NCBI RefSeq assembly: GCF_009914755.1
Contig: NC_060941.1
Origin: the human T2T-CHM13v2.0 reference genome, Homo sapiens
Length of the DNA: 64,000 nt
Direction: 5' to 3' (one strand)
Shown: one piece after another, positions 1 through 12,516 of the stretch
Layout of the letters: every line of letters begins with the position of its first letter
Position numbering within the stretch: the first letter of the stretch is position 1
Translations under genes and position numbers: made by a program
Notes under the pieces: model-generated
What the model saw: the letters and a program-made list of their open reading frames with translations, nothing else
What the model was told of the DNA's origin: nothing
Databases searched by the model: none

Positions 1-339
1 CAGCTGACTTCATAACAGTCTCACTTGATTCAGATTTTCCTAAGAGGACAGCCTGGCCTCATTATAAAGATTTAGGAACACCAGTTGGGACTGTAAAATG
101 TTCCCAATTCTATTCCCCACCAGCCAAGTCTGATGCTTTAAACTCCACTATGCAAGGGACATTTTAGTTTAATGCATTGTTGTTCAGAATGTCTCTGTTA
201 AAATGAATGGTATTTTCAAAAGACCATGCATGATGTGAGCTTATGGCTTAATCTCAAAGGTATGACATCACATATCATCTTGGACAACAGAAATCTTGAC
301 CTTGAGAGGAGCAGGGAGAATGTTATCATGGAAATAGCA

Positions 340-490
340 CAGAATCATGAGATACCTAGATTCCAGTTCTTGTTTGTCTGTTGCTCTGTTATCCACCTTA
401 GGTAAATTCACTTTCTCTTTCTGGACCTCACCTCCCTCATCTGTTTGATGAAAGAGTTGGATTCAGTGATCTTTGAGGGCCCTTTCAGCT
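340..490 (+). mobile_element. MIR3-like SINE fragment
   Basis: cctccctcatctgtttgatgaaagagttggattcagtgatctttgagggccctttcagct resembles the MIR core plus MIR3 tail. Confidence 0.6.
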
Positions 491-545
491 GGTGAAGAGG
501 GATTGGCCACACACTTTGTACAGTTTCATGTCCACATCACTGCCT

Positions 546-925
546 TCATTCACTCCTTATTTCTTGAGCCATTCTTCCGATCCATATTTATTAAGAACTT
601 TCCATGTGCTAGGAGTTTTCCTGGATGCTGGGAGGGTAGCACTCCTGCTCTCTTGAAGCCTACTGTCGAATGGGGAAGACAGAAAGAGTAAACAAGTAAT
701 ATAACACCGTGAGACAAGTGTGAGGAAAGAGGAGACAAGATCGCATCACAGGCTCATTTCAGTCCAAGGCAGAGAGGGAAGGTGTTACCTTATACAAGGG
801 GTCAAGTGTGGCTCCCCAGATATGGAGATGTTTGAGCCTGAAGGAAGATTCTGAGTTGACTAAGCTAAAAAAGTGTGGTGGGAGAAGAATCTCTCCAGTA
901 GGGGTATTGGCATGTGTTAAGAACT
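546..925 (-). mobile_element. L2 LINE 3' fragment
   Basis: attcactc...atatttattaagaactttccatgtgctagg...ctcctgctctcttgaagcctactgtcgaatggggaagacag resembles the reverse complement of the L2 3' end. Confidence 0.65.
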
Positions 926-1184
926 GTTAGTAAACTGTGTATCATTTATGCTATATCAGGTTCACCATTTCTCAGTCAATTCACTTGCTGTGTGGCCCAT
1001 TCAAAATGACAATGGAAAGAAGAATCAGATAAATTTAAGAAGAACCTGAGCCAAGTTTATCCAACCAATCACCACTGGGATCACAGTTAATATCTATTTC
1101 ATTACTTAAATAAACATATACTATACATTTTAAGCATGCCACGTATATCAGATTCATTGCTTTAAAATAGAATTATCAAATTGT

Positions 1185-1393
1185 CACAATGTGCTAGGCA
1201 CTTGGCCAGAGCCAGAGAAGGGAAGTAGAAGAGGACACAGACCATAGTCTCCAGGAGCTCAGAGCTTAGTGTGGAGACAGTTGAGAACATTAACAGCACG
1301 AGTACAGTATGTTCCCAGGCACACAGAGGATGCTGACACTATCAGGCTGGGGCCAGGAAAGCTTTCAGAAGGCCATGAGCCCCCTGAACTGAA
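1185..1393 (-). mobile_element. L2 fragment, interrupted by L1MB and resuming at about 1976-2050
   Basis: tgtgctaggcac...ctccaggagctcagagcttagtgtggagacag...ggaaagctttcagaagg; resumes as tgaactgaattttgaagg after the L1. Confidence 0.6.
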
Positions 1394-1395
1394 AT

Positions 1396-1975
1396 TATTT
1401 CTTATTTATTTATTTTACTGTGGTAAAATAAACATAACAAAGTTTATTGTTTTAACCATTCTTATGTGTATCATTCAGAGGCATTGAGTACATACACAAT
1501 GCTATACAACCATCACCACCATCCATCCCTAGAAACCACTCATCATCCCAGACAGAAACCCTGTGCCCGTGCAGCAAACACTCCCCATTTCCCAATCACC
1601 CCAGCTCCTGGAAACCTCGATTCTACTTTCTGTCTCTGTGAATTTGCCTACTCTAGACACTTCACATAAATGGAATCACACAGTATTTATCTTTCTGTGT
1701 CTGGCTTGTTTCACCCAGAACAATGTCCTTAGGATTCATCCAAGTTGTATTACGAATCAGTATTTCCTTCCTCTCAAAGGCTGAATAATATTCATATATA
1801 TATATTCACACACCACATTTTGTTTAGCCATTCAACTGTTGATAGACACTTGGGTTGTTTCTACCCTTTGGCTACTATGAACACAGCTGTACAACTGTCT
1901 ACTTCAGTGCTTGATTTCAGTTCTTTTGGGTGCATACCCAGGAGTGGAATTGGTAGATCATATGATAATTCTATT
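1396..1975 (-). mobile_element. L1MB-type LINE-1 3' end
   Basis: T-rich tail then tgtggtaaaata...ttttaaccatt...cataaatggaatcacacagtattt...cccaggagtggaattggtagatcatatg; candidate TSD tgaactgaa at 1385-1393 and 1976-1984. Confidence 0.85.
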
Positions 1976-2591
1976 TGAACTGAATTTTGAAGGCTAAGAA
2001 TGACCAAGCAAGAGGAAGCAAACACACAGTAGATTAATGCCAAGGGAGGATGCATTTCTGTGGGGTGGTCCACCCATCATATAATCTCTCACTTGTCCCT
2101 CCCTCAAAGAGCATGCTGTGTCCCACTGTGGCTGCAACCACCAGCTCAGTTCCTGGTTTCCCTAGAAGTGCGACTCTGGGTTCATTCAGGAAAAGAGGGT
2201 GGATCATGGTACCCTGTGGGACATGCCCTCCTTTCCTATATCCTTCCCTACTTCCACCCCACCAAGGAACATCCTGGGTCTTTTCATTCCCCTGCCTACC
2301 TCACTGAGTTGTTTTGAAGATCAAGGGGCAGTATGGATTGAAAGTGCTTTATACCTTTTAAGGCAGTAGTAGATATTTGTGGCCATAGCTGTTGCTATTG
2401 TCATTGTTGTCCTCTTTGTTAGGACCATTGTGAGCCTCCAGTGACCTCTCCTGGCCTGAGGAAGCAAAGGGGGAGTCATCCCAGCCCCCTGCACAGGTAC
2501 TTCATCATGGTGAGGAACAGGTTTCTTATTTACTACCAGGTCTGCTAGGCTCATGAAATGAAGCTCAGGTAGAACACCTTCAATGGCTGTG

Positions 2592-2767
2592 TCTCTACAC
2601 CACATCCCAATCTCTACACCACACCCCAATCTCTACACCACACCCCAATCTCTATACCACACCCCAGTCTCTACACCACACCCCAGTCTCTACACTACAC
2701 CCCAATCTCTACACAACACCTCAATCTCTACACCACACTCCAATCTCTACACCACACCCCAATCTCT
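2592..2767 (+). repeat. 19-bp minisatellite, about 9.3 copies (TCTCTACACCACACCCCAA)
   Basis: Units start at 2592, 2611, 2630, 2649, 2668, 2687, 2706, 2725 and 2744 with 0-2 substitutions each. Confidence 0.97.
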
Positions 2768-3582
2768 CCTGACACCAAAGTCTATAATGATAACTGATGA
2801 AAACAGAGATTCACTCATCACATCCTGAGACATACAAAGGAAGCCAGGCTGCCGTTTTCACTTAGAGTGTCCACAGGTCTGCATGGGAGAAAATTTCTAG
2901 AAATTCTGGAGCTGTAGTCTTCTCCCTCCAAGAGTTGGTTTCCAAAGCTTGGTTTACTTGATTTCAAACATCTAAACCATAGGTACTCAGGAACAGCTGT
3001 GTGTGTTTGGCACATTGCTAGGGTCTGTGGGGGTAGAGAAGCCCAAGACATGGGGTCTTAGCCTTCAGTCTGGTCATTGGCTTCATTCCAACGTGCTCAA
3101 ATGGTTGATGTCTATTTCCTAACACCTCTGTTCCTGTTTTCTGTTATATTCTGCTATTCTGGGCTCTGAGGGTGACTGCCATCCTCTGCTAAAAGGCTGT
3201 CTACTTTTAAGTAACTCCTTTGCTTTCATTTGGGAAAGCTGTCTTTCAGTTACTGGCTGCCTGTCTGGTTTCTACCTATAGTCAATCAAAACACAGGAAA
3301 CTGTCTGACATGGTATATGATAAGATTCGGAATTGTGTGACACATAAAATTGCCCCAGAGTCCCTGGACCACTCTAGACCTCTGATAGTTAGTAGGGGTC
3401 CAGTTTCCCCTTAGGCTCAGAATGGCAAATAGATGCCACTGGGGCTGCATTTCTCTGCCCCCAGCAGACATGGTTAATCCATCTTGGTGCTTTTCAGCTG
3501 AGCCAAGGCTTGGCTTCTGACTTTTCTCAGTGCAAAGCTGTCGACAGCCGCCATCAATCGATCTGAGTTGGCACTTAGAGTA

Positions 3583-4004
3583 TGTAGCAGACAGCTGGTG
3601 TCTCACTCCAATATCCTTTCTGGGCCATCCCCCCAGCTGCTAGGGGTAGTGGGTCTCACAACCCACCATTGCACCTGTCTCCTGAGAATTGTTCTCTGCT
3701 GGCCCTGATAGGAGCCACCTCACCAGGAAATGTCTCAGATCTTATGTCTTGACTGATATAGGGGCACAAAAGCCTGATGCCCTTGTCTCAAAGTGGGGCC
3801 ACTCTGTGATGCTATTTGTACATATTGATATTCCTGGGATCAAGCTGAGAATGACTGTAGCTTTGCTGAGCCCCTCTCCTTGCTCGGTCCCCCTTCCCTC
3901 ACATCCTTACAGCTTTTGTTTTAGTTTGCTTGCACCTTCAACAGATCACTCACACAAGAATCCTCATCTCAGGGTCTGTTCCTAGAGAAACCTGAGCTAA
4001 CCTA
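3583..4004 (+). mobile_element. ERVL solo LTR, LTR16C-like
   Basis: Starts tgtagcagaca; has ccatcccccagctgct, gactgatatagggg, tgggatcaagctga; ends cacaagaatcctcatctcagggtctgttcctagagaaacctgagctaa. Confidence 0.75.
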
Positions 4005-4240
4005 GGTCATCTGCCATACCTGCCCTGCCTCTGCTCCTATACCTAAGAAGGAAAAATCAAGGACAAGAATAAATTGATAATGTGCAAAGTTTCCCATTCT
4101 CTGGCTCCTGTACAGTAAACAAACCATCATCCCACAAGTGTCTTCTGGGCTCTGGACTCGTGCCAGGTACTGTGGTGCGCACTGAGGACACACCGGCACA
4201 GAAGACCAAGGAGGGCCCGTCCTCATGGAACTTCCATTCT

Positions 4241-4710
4241 ATCTTAGCTTGCTTTTCCTATACCACTTGCATTATCTGTTCCATGTATCTCTGGATTTCA
4301 GGTCACCATTGACCCCCTGCTCTGTGTCCCAGTGCTGGCATTCTGCCCTATTCTGACAAAGATCATCTGTCAGATGGTTAACTTAGTCTTAACCTTGGTG
4401 GTCACTAGCTGCCGGAGCCTTCTCTGGTTTGCTCTGATTTTAGGCCAGCCTCTATCTCATACCGGGGCATATGTAACTTTGGAGATGGCTGGGTCAGGCA
4501 CAAGCCTGAAGTGAGGGAAGCTTAGAGGGGGTCAGCATTGTCTATAGTGAGTTAGAATACAACTTACAATACCATCACTGATAACATCCACTTGCATTCA
4601 GCACTTTGCGATTTACAAAGCACTTTTATGCTTGCTATCTCATTTGCTTCTCCAACAATCTTGGAAGGTAGACTTAATTAGCTCTGTGTACGTGGTGAGT
4701 AAGCTTAAGG
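4241..4710 (+). repeat. Local direct duplication A, copy 1
   Basis: Colinear with 6155-6940 once the AluY is removed; exact 35-bp match 4323-4357 = 6237-6271. Confidence 0.93.
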
Positions 4711-4999
4711 ATGGGTGTAGATAGGACTGGACTGCGAGCAGGAAATCTCTACCCCGGACCAAAGTGAAGGAGGAGGGTAGAATGGAAAGAACAGAGCAGC
4801 TTCTGAAGCATCTCTCAGGAGACAGAAGGTCAAGTAGCAGAATCAAAGACCTTCCACTGCCCTCTCCTCTGTCTTCTGTTCAACTCAGGGAGTAGAAGGT
4901 CTTTGACCCTATTGCTTGGCCTTCCATCTCCTGAGAGACTCTTCAGAATCCATCTCTTCTTTCCATTCTGCTGTGCTCTGGTGTTCTCATTATCTGTAG

Positions 5000-5176
5000 C
5001 AGAAGTTTTATAATTTGCAGCTTATAGACCCCTAGAGATTCACGGGAGAGTTTCAGAGAGTTCATAATCCCCTTTCCCCAAATTGAAGTGTATGTCTATT
5101 TTTACCTGCAAAGTAGTTCACACATTTCACAAGATCCCCAAAAGCATCTGCAAACCACAAAAGTCAAGAATCACTG
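5000..5176. mobile_element. hAT-Charlie MITE (Charlie4z-like)
   Basis: cag...tagacccctagagattcacgggagagtttcagagagttcataa...aaaagtcaagaatcactg; Charlie-type termini. Confidence 0.55.
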
Positions 5177-5544
5177 CTTAGGTTTTGTGGCCAGGATATA
5201 CAAAGGACCTGAGATGAGGACGGAGAAAGGTTTTTGATAATATCAAAACATCCACTGCAGATGCAGCAATTGTATGTGCAGGCACAGCTGTGATGTCCAT
5301 GGAACATCTGGCTGATAAATGAATTTTCCTCTTTCCAGTGGTTTTGAATCATGCAGTGACAGATTTTTAGAGCGAGATGCCTGTTCACTGCTGGGCACTT
5401 GATTGTCTCTCTGGGTCCCCTCATTGGTAAAAAAAAAAAGCACATTGTGCTAGGTTATCTTCAAGGGCTCGCCCATCACTGATGTTTTGTGCTTTTGTAA
5501 AGAGCCTCAGAAATCATCTCTTTCAGGATCTATTTAAAAGGTTG

Positions 5545-5760
5545 CAGCATGCAGTGGCTAAGGGTGGGTTTCTGAGCTAGAAAGCTCAGGTTGCAATCTC
5601 AGCTTTGCCTCTTGGTCAGGTTTTCTCTCTGGGCCTTGGTGAAATGGTGATAATGATGGCAGCTTCCCGTAGGGTTACTCTGAGGAGGACAAGAGTCAGT
5701 CATGTGAAGTGCTTAGACGAAAGCCAGCCACACAGTAGGCACTTCATCTGAATAAGTGTT
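5545..5760 (+). mobile_element. MIR
   Basis: gcagtggctaagg...ggttgcaatctcagctttgcc...catgtgaagtgcttag...cacacagtaggcact. Confidence 0.7.
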
Positions 5761-6154
5761 GACTTTTGTGTAATTTGCACATAGAAGAGAGAACTGAAGG
5801 GTAATAAGTAATTTTGAAAAGGTCAATACAGTGAGAAAGAACAAGCCTCAGATTCTTGATTCCTAGTCTGTGCACCTCCCTGACTGCTACACTTGCTATG
5901 GTTCTTCATTTCTCCAAAGACTGAAGATTATTCTCAGTATCTGCACAGCCTTAGAAAACCCCATTCCCTAGGCCTGCTAATAAATCAATATTCAGGGAGT
6001 TTTAAAGACCTCTGTAAGGGCCAGACAGCACCTAGTACTATTATTTTCTATTCAAATTTTCATCCCTATTCCAGCCAAGTCCCAATGTCCCATCTTTGGA
6101 CACTGTCCCATCAGGAAGATCCTGCTGTGTCTCAGATGCAAGTCATCTTGCTAG

Positions 6155-6940
<786 letters not shown>

Positions 6941-7003
6941 CCTAGAGAAATTGAGTAACTTGGGTAAGGTCACACAATTTTTTTTTGAAAAAGTAAAATT
7001 GAT

Positions 7004-7312
7004 GGCGAGGTGCAGTGGCTCATGCCTGTAATTCTAGCACTTTGGGAGGCCCAGGTGGGACGATCACTTGAGCCTGGGAGTTCAGACCAGCCTGGGAAAC
7101 ATAGCGAGACGTTATCTCTACTAAAAATTCAAACAAAAAAATTAGCTGGGCTTGGCGGCAAGTACCTGTGGTTCCACCTACATGGGAGGCTGAGGCAGGA
7201 AGCTTGCTAGAGCCCTGTAAGTTGAAATTGCAGAGAGCCATGATGGCACCATTGCCCTCCAGCCTGGGCAAAAGAGCAAGACTTTGTCTCAAAAAAATGA
7301 AAAATTAAAAAA
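7004..7312 (+). mobile_element. AluJ
   Basis: gatcacttgagcctgggagttc, cctgggaaacatagcgagac; A-rich tail; sits inside a minus-strand MIR. Confidence 0.9.
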
Positions 7313-7654
7313 GGTAGAATTGAAAACCAGGTCTGTCTGACCTGAAGTCCGTTTTCTTCCAGCTATGCCACAGCTGGGACGTCAGAGGGTTATTAGGTCT
7401 GGAGTAAGTGGAAAGAAGTCAGCTAGTTTGGGAAGAGCAACAAGATCTCAGGAGACAAGAGGGCTAAGGCTGGGAGCCCGGTTGTTCTAAGGCACTACAG
7501 TGTGACAGAGTACACCTTAGAGAGTTGGGCTTCTTTTGCCTTCCCACTTATGTAGCCTTTAACTGCGTAAGAAGCATTGGGAGCCTCAGCTATAGGGGCT
7601 TTTATTTCTGTTTCTTCATTTCTTGTCACATCTCCCAGGAAGTTCTATTGTGTC

Positions 7655-7835
7655 ACAGAGATGAGCATAGGCTTTAAAACTAATCAGATCTGAGTTTAAA
7701 TCTTTATTTTATGACCAAGAGATATTGGGTAAGTTACTCAGCATCCCTGAGCTTCTGTTTCTTCATCTGTATAAATGGAATAAACACATCTGCCTTGCAG
7801 GGGGGTTGTGAAAATTAAATTAAATAATGATGCAT
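7655..7835 (+). mobile_element. MIR
   Basis: gggtaagttactcagcatccctgagcttctgtttcttcatctgtataaatggaataa core. Confidence 0.75.
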
Positions 7836-8839
7836 CGTTTTCAGGAATACTTGGGGTGGAATGACCCACAAAGGGGTTTAACTTCTTGGCCAGAGAAACC
7901 CAATGGGCCTTCCCATGAGAGGCTGGGCCCAGGCCTCAGCTGTGTCTTGCCTTCTCTGGGCTCTACTTATTTTCTGGAGCCTCTTCTGTTGCAAGCTAAA
8001 TAGTTCCTCCCCCTCAGTAGAGTCTATGCTGTTTCCTCTGGCTACAGACTCTATAATGCTCCTTGCTTAGCAGTTGCTTAGCCAAGCTGGGCCAATTAAG
8101 CTGCATTCCTCTAATTGTTTTGGTGGCTTTTCTCGGAACTCCCTCCAATTTGTCTACAAATCAGTTCTAAATTTAGACCCACCCCGCCAAATCTTGGAGC
8201 TCTGAGCTTTTCACTGCTCTAGCCAACCATGAGGCTCTTCTACCATCAGTGATTGAGTTTGGGGGTGGTTCTCTTCCTCTCTCTCTTCTCCTTCCTCTAA
8301 TTATCAACATGTAGGCATGAAATGACTTTGTGACATGCTTTATTTTGTTTGTAGAGTGCAGGTCCATATTCAGTTACCAAACAGTTATTCGTATTTAAAC
8401 TCCCAGGAAAATGATGGTAGAGAATTAAAGGTGGGATTAATTTAAATGCACAAATTATTTTTACATTCCAAAACTGCACAGAGAAAACAAACCAATTTTG
8501 ATATAACGGGGGAGAAAAGGTAAGAGGGTAGGAGCAAGAATAAAGTTATTTGCTCTCTGTGTTTTTGTGCCTCACTCCCTGCACTTTTTCTACCTTCCCA
8601 GTTTGCATTCACCAAAGTATCAGCGCCCCCGGCCTTGGTGTGTCTAACACAAAGAACCTGCAGTATCTTTGTCAGGTAGATAGGACCCTCCCAACCCCCA
8701 GGAGACAAGATTTCAAAGATCCCTATTCTCCCTCCTTTTTTCTCTCCCTCCTCCTTCCTTTTCCTTCATCCTCTTCTCCTCTCTTCTTCCTCCTCCATGT
8801 CAATATCAAATTCATTGCCACCAGCCATCTTTTATGCTA

Positions 8840-9050
8840 ACAGAGTGGCTTATGCTCTTGAAAGCCTTTTCATAGACACAGTCTCATTTGAATTGTACAA
8901 GAGTCCTGGGCAGGGCCAGAGCGGGTACATAGACTCCGTTTGACAGATGAGAAAAGAGTACTCCAGAGAGGTTTAGCAACTTGCACAAAGTCAAACAGCT
9001 CATGGATGAGCTCTCAAAAAGACCCAGGATTTCTGGCTTCAGCCTTGGTC
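8840..9050 (-). mobile_element. MIR
   Basis: gtttgacagatgagaaaagagtactccagagaggtttagcaacttgcacaaagtca is the reverse core. Confidence 0.7.
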
Positions 9051-12000
9051 ACAGCTGGTGCTCTACAAACATTTGTCAGATGAGAGAATTCTGATCTCAC
9101 TGCTGGCTAACGGATCAGATCAACACAGCCAAAGGCTTCATGACAGGCTGGCAGGCTGGCAGGCTGGCAGAGAAGCCAGAATCTTCCGTTGTCTCAGAGC
9201 TTCATTCCCATCAACCCAGCGGACACCTGTTGACTGTTCCCAGAAAACCACTGCAGACATGTTTCTTTGTTGTCAGCAGAGTCCCCATGGACATCTCATG
9301 AGTCTTTGAGGATGCCCACAGGGCCCTGCAGGGAAGGAGACATGATGGCTGGCTGGAAGAAATGCCTCCACAGGTGGCGGAGAGTTTTTTTCACCTACTG
9401 TAGACTCCAAGTCTCTTTCTCTTAGGGCCTCAAAGGCATGTTAGCACATACATTTAACAGCAAGTGCTTGGATCTAACAATATTCTGAGTGCATAGGACA
9501 TGTAGAACTGACAATCCTGCTTCCCTGTATAGATGACATGTCCCTGCTCTGCAAAATGGGCCTCTCACTTCTATATATATGACTTAGCTTTTTTTTTCAA
9601 GAATCAGGTGGGATAAGGAGTTTAAATGAGTTTACAAAACAGAAAGTTCTATATAAAATAGATGATAATTCTATATAAAAACTCCTTTGTTGCTGTAATT
9701 ACAATAATCCTAGCGGTAAAGTTGACCTTAATACGTGATGGAATCAGCGATGGAAGAGACTTTAGAGTCACGTTTCCCAACCCCTGAGTTTGTGGGTGAG
9801 AACACGAAGCTCCAGACAGAAATGATGATCCCACAGGGCCACACAGCAGGTGTCAAGAGGGATAGTTTTAGAACTCTGTCTCCCGGCTCATCCCCTTGTA
9901 TTCTGTCCTTTTGTTTTGGATGCTGTTTGTAACATCTATTTTTCTTACCTTAATTTCTCCCTCTTTCCTTTTCTTTCCCAAAATTCAATACGTGCAGAAT
10001 GTCTTCCAAATACTCCTTATCCACAACCTTTTCTTTCTCCGAATGTATCTATTTTATGTCCCATTACCTCACAATCTTGTGATGTTGCTTTAATAATTAA
10101 TGAATCCATGCTGACAGGTTAAAAAAGAAGAAACCACAATGACCAACTGTGCCACTCCACCCAGAGAGCATTTCATTTCAATAGACACCTTCACATACCT
10201 CCAAGAAAGAGAAATGACTATTCATGAAATTTCAAATTCTGTGGCACACCATTTGGGATTTTCTCCAGATTGCACATTGATTAGGGGGTTCATCTCGCTT
10301 TTAACTCATGGTTGAATATGTGGCTGCCTTCTCTTATTGGCTAATTGCTCTAACCTTCTGAGCTCTGTGACCCTGACTGATGGCACTGGATATTTCCACA
10401 GCCTTGTCCAAGGAGGCCTCCACCAGCAGGGCTGGTTTCTGACACAGAGTGTTTGCAGGTTATTCCATATTCTTTGGGTCAAGAATGGAGCTTGAGCTTC
10501 TTTCTGCATGTCAGTAATTAGACCCAATAGGTTCCCAGTGAGTGTGCATGAAATTGAAGGGTGGTGTTTCTTCAGGATGTGTTTCCTGGGTGAAGACTGT
10601 ATGTGAAAATGTCAGGGCTGGTATCAAAAGAGGATTTAAAAAGAAAATTTTACTCAAGGAGAAGAAGCAAATGGACAGACAATTCCCCACTTGATGTCAG
10701 TCATCTGGTTCCTCTTTTCCTTCCCAGCTGGGTCATGGACTTTGCATCTTTTCTTGCATGTATAGAGCCTATTACAGATCCTGAAATTTCAGTGTTCAGT
10801 GAATACCAGTGCTGGGCTGTAAGACATTGGTGCCTCCAGGACAAGGAAGGATGTGCCCCACAATCAAAGAAGGGGGACAAGAAAGAATGAGATTTCAGAA
10901 CTTGGAGGACTTCATTTCAACAGTTTTGGAAATTACCTAGTCTAACCTCCCTCAACTACTTTGTCAGGGAGTCTGAGACTGCCTATAGGGTATGCAGGAA
11001 TGTGTCTTGCTGGAAACAGATAGCACCATTTGGACTGTGTGAGTGTGCATGCACCTTACGCAATCAACAAAGGGCTGCGCCTGTATGCACACATATGCCC
11101 ATCTTCTCCACAGGGTGGACAAGCCCAGGACAAGCATCCTTCTCTGTAAAATGGAGCCTTGATATCTGCACTGTTTACTTCACAGGGTTGTGAAGAGGGT
11201 CAGTAAGATCATGCTTTGAGACACATAAGAAATATTTTTTTGAAAATGTGAGTGAAACCTTGGTGTGCATGGGATTAGGTGCACAACTAGAGGAAGCTGT
11301 GCTTGCTAAGAACAGGCCTATTTTGTGGTCTGGGGAACAAAAGATACCTCTTGCCCTCAACACACAACCCTGAAGGTTGGGGAGGCCACAGCCAGCTGGG
11401 AAGGGAGAAAAGGAGCCTGATGAGGTATGTGGATGAGGAGGTTGTGGTGGACAAGAAGGGATGGCCCTGTCTCAGGACATGTAGGAGGCTGCCTTATCTT
11501 GAACATTCTCCAGAATAACGGGAGGTCACCTGGGGTGCTGAGGTCCTCAAGGCCACCAGGTCTGGGGCTCAGAACTACCGGGGCTGAGTGTTTGTGTATG
11601 TAGATGACAGCTGGCAGATGTGGAGTAGCACATGGGTAGGAAAACAGACTAGGAGAGTGAAAGACATTTGGCTGAGGCTGCATAATAGGATGTGTAAAGT
11701 GAGGGACTGAACACAGGCCAGTGTGGCTCCAAACCCAGGATACTCTTCCCAGCATCACAAACAGAGCAGTGGAAGAGAAGAGGGCTGTTCTGTGCTGAGG
11801 AGACCTGAAGCCCAAGGAACAGGCCTTCCCTGTGCTTGGGATGAAGAAGGTAGTGGCCTCTGATTGCATCCTTGCTCCTCTGGGGAGGGTTGGTGAGCTC
11901 TACCACCCTTCTAGAAAGGATGGCTCAGACTTCCCACTACTCTCCTTTTTCTCCAGTTTCTTTCTCCAGTTGCTCAAGTTCAAATCCTTCCTGTAACCCT

Positions 12001-12239
12001 TGATTCTTCTTTTTCTCTCCTTGTGAGCTGTTCATTTGAAATATGTTCAGAAACTTAACAGTTCTCGCCATCTTCACTGCTGCCATCTTGTCCAAGCCCC
12101 ATCATCTCTCTCTGGTCTCGTGCATCTCTCTGCATCCACCCTTACTGCCTGTCATCTTGTCTCTGCACAGCAGCCACAGGAATCCTTTTCATGGGTAAGT
12201 CAGTTCCTGCCTCTCTTCAGAGGGAAACCCCAAAGGCCC

Positions 12240-12516
12240 TACTATTATTTGAATGTGTCCCCCAAAGTTGATGTGTTGGAAACGTAATTATTGCAGGAAT
12301 GGGCTCCTGATAAAAGGATGGGTTTGGCCTCCTTTCCTCTCTCTTTTGTCCTTGTGATGCCTTCTGCATGTTATGACATAGCGAGAAGGTCCTCACCAGA
12401 TGCAACCCTTTGACATTGGACTTCCTAGCTTCTAGAACCATGAGCCAGAGAAATTTCTGTTTATTATAAATTACCTGGTCTGTGGCATTCTGTTATAGCA
12501 GTGCAAAACTAACACA
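12240..12516 (+). mobile_element. MST (ERVL-MaLR) 5' LTR with internal deletion
   Basis: ttgaatgtgtcccccaaagtt...ctcaccagatgca...tgttatagcag...ctaacaca; homologous to 14309-14675. Confidence 0.9.

Noticed and set aside
2592-2767. CRISPR-like array
   Set aside because: Head-to-tail units with no unique spacers, no cas genes, primate DNA
11357-11869. Longest ORF (170 aa, - strand)
   Set aside because: No recognisable domain, non-ATG start and no supporting exon structure; within chance expectation
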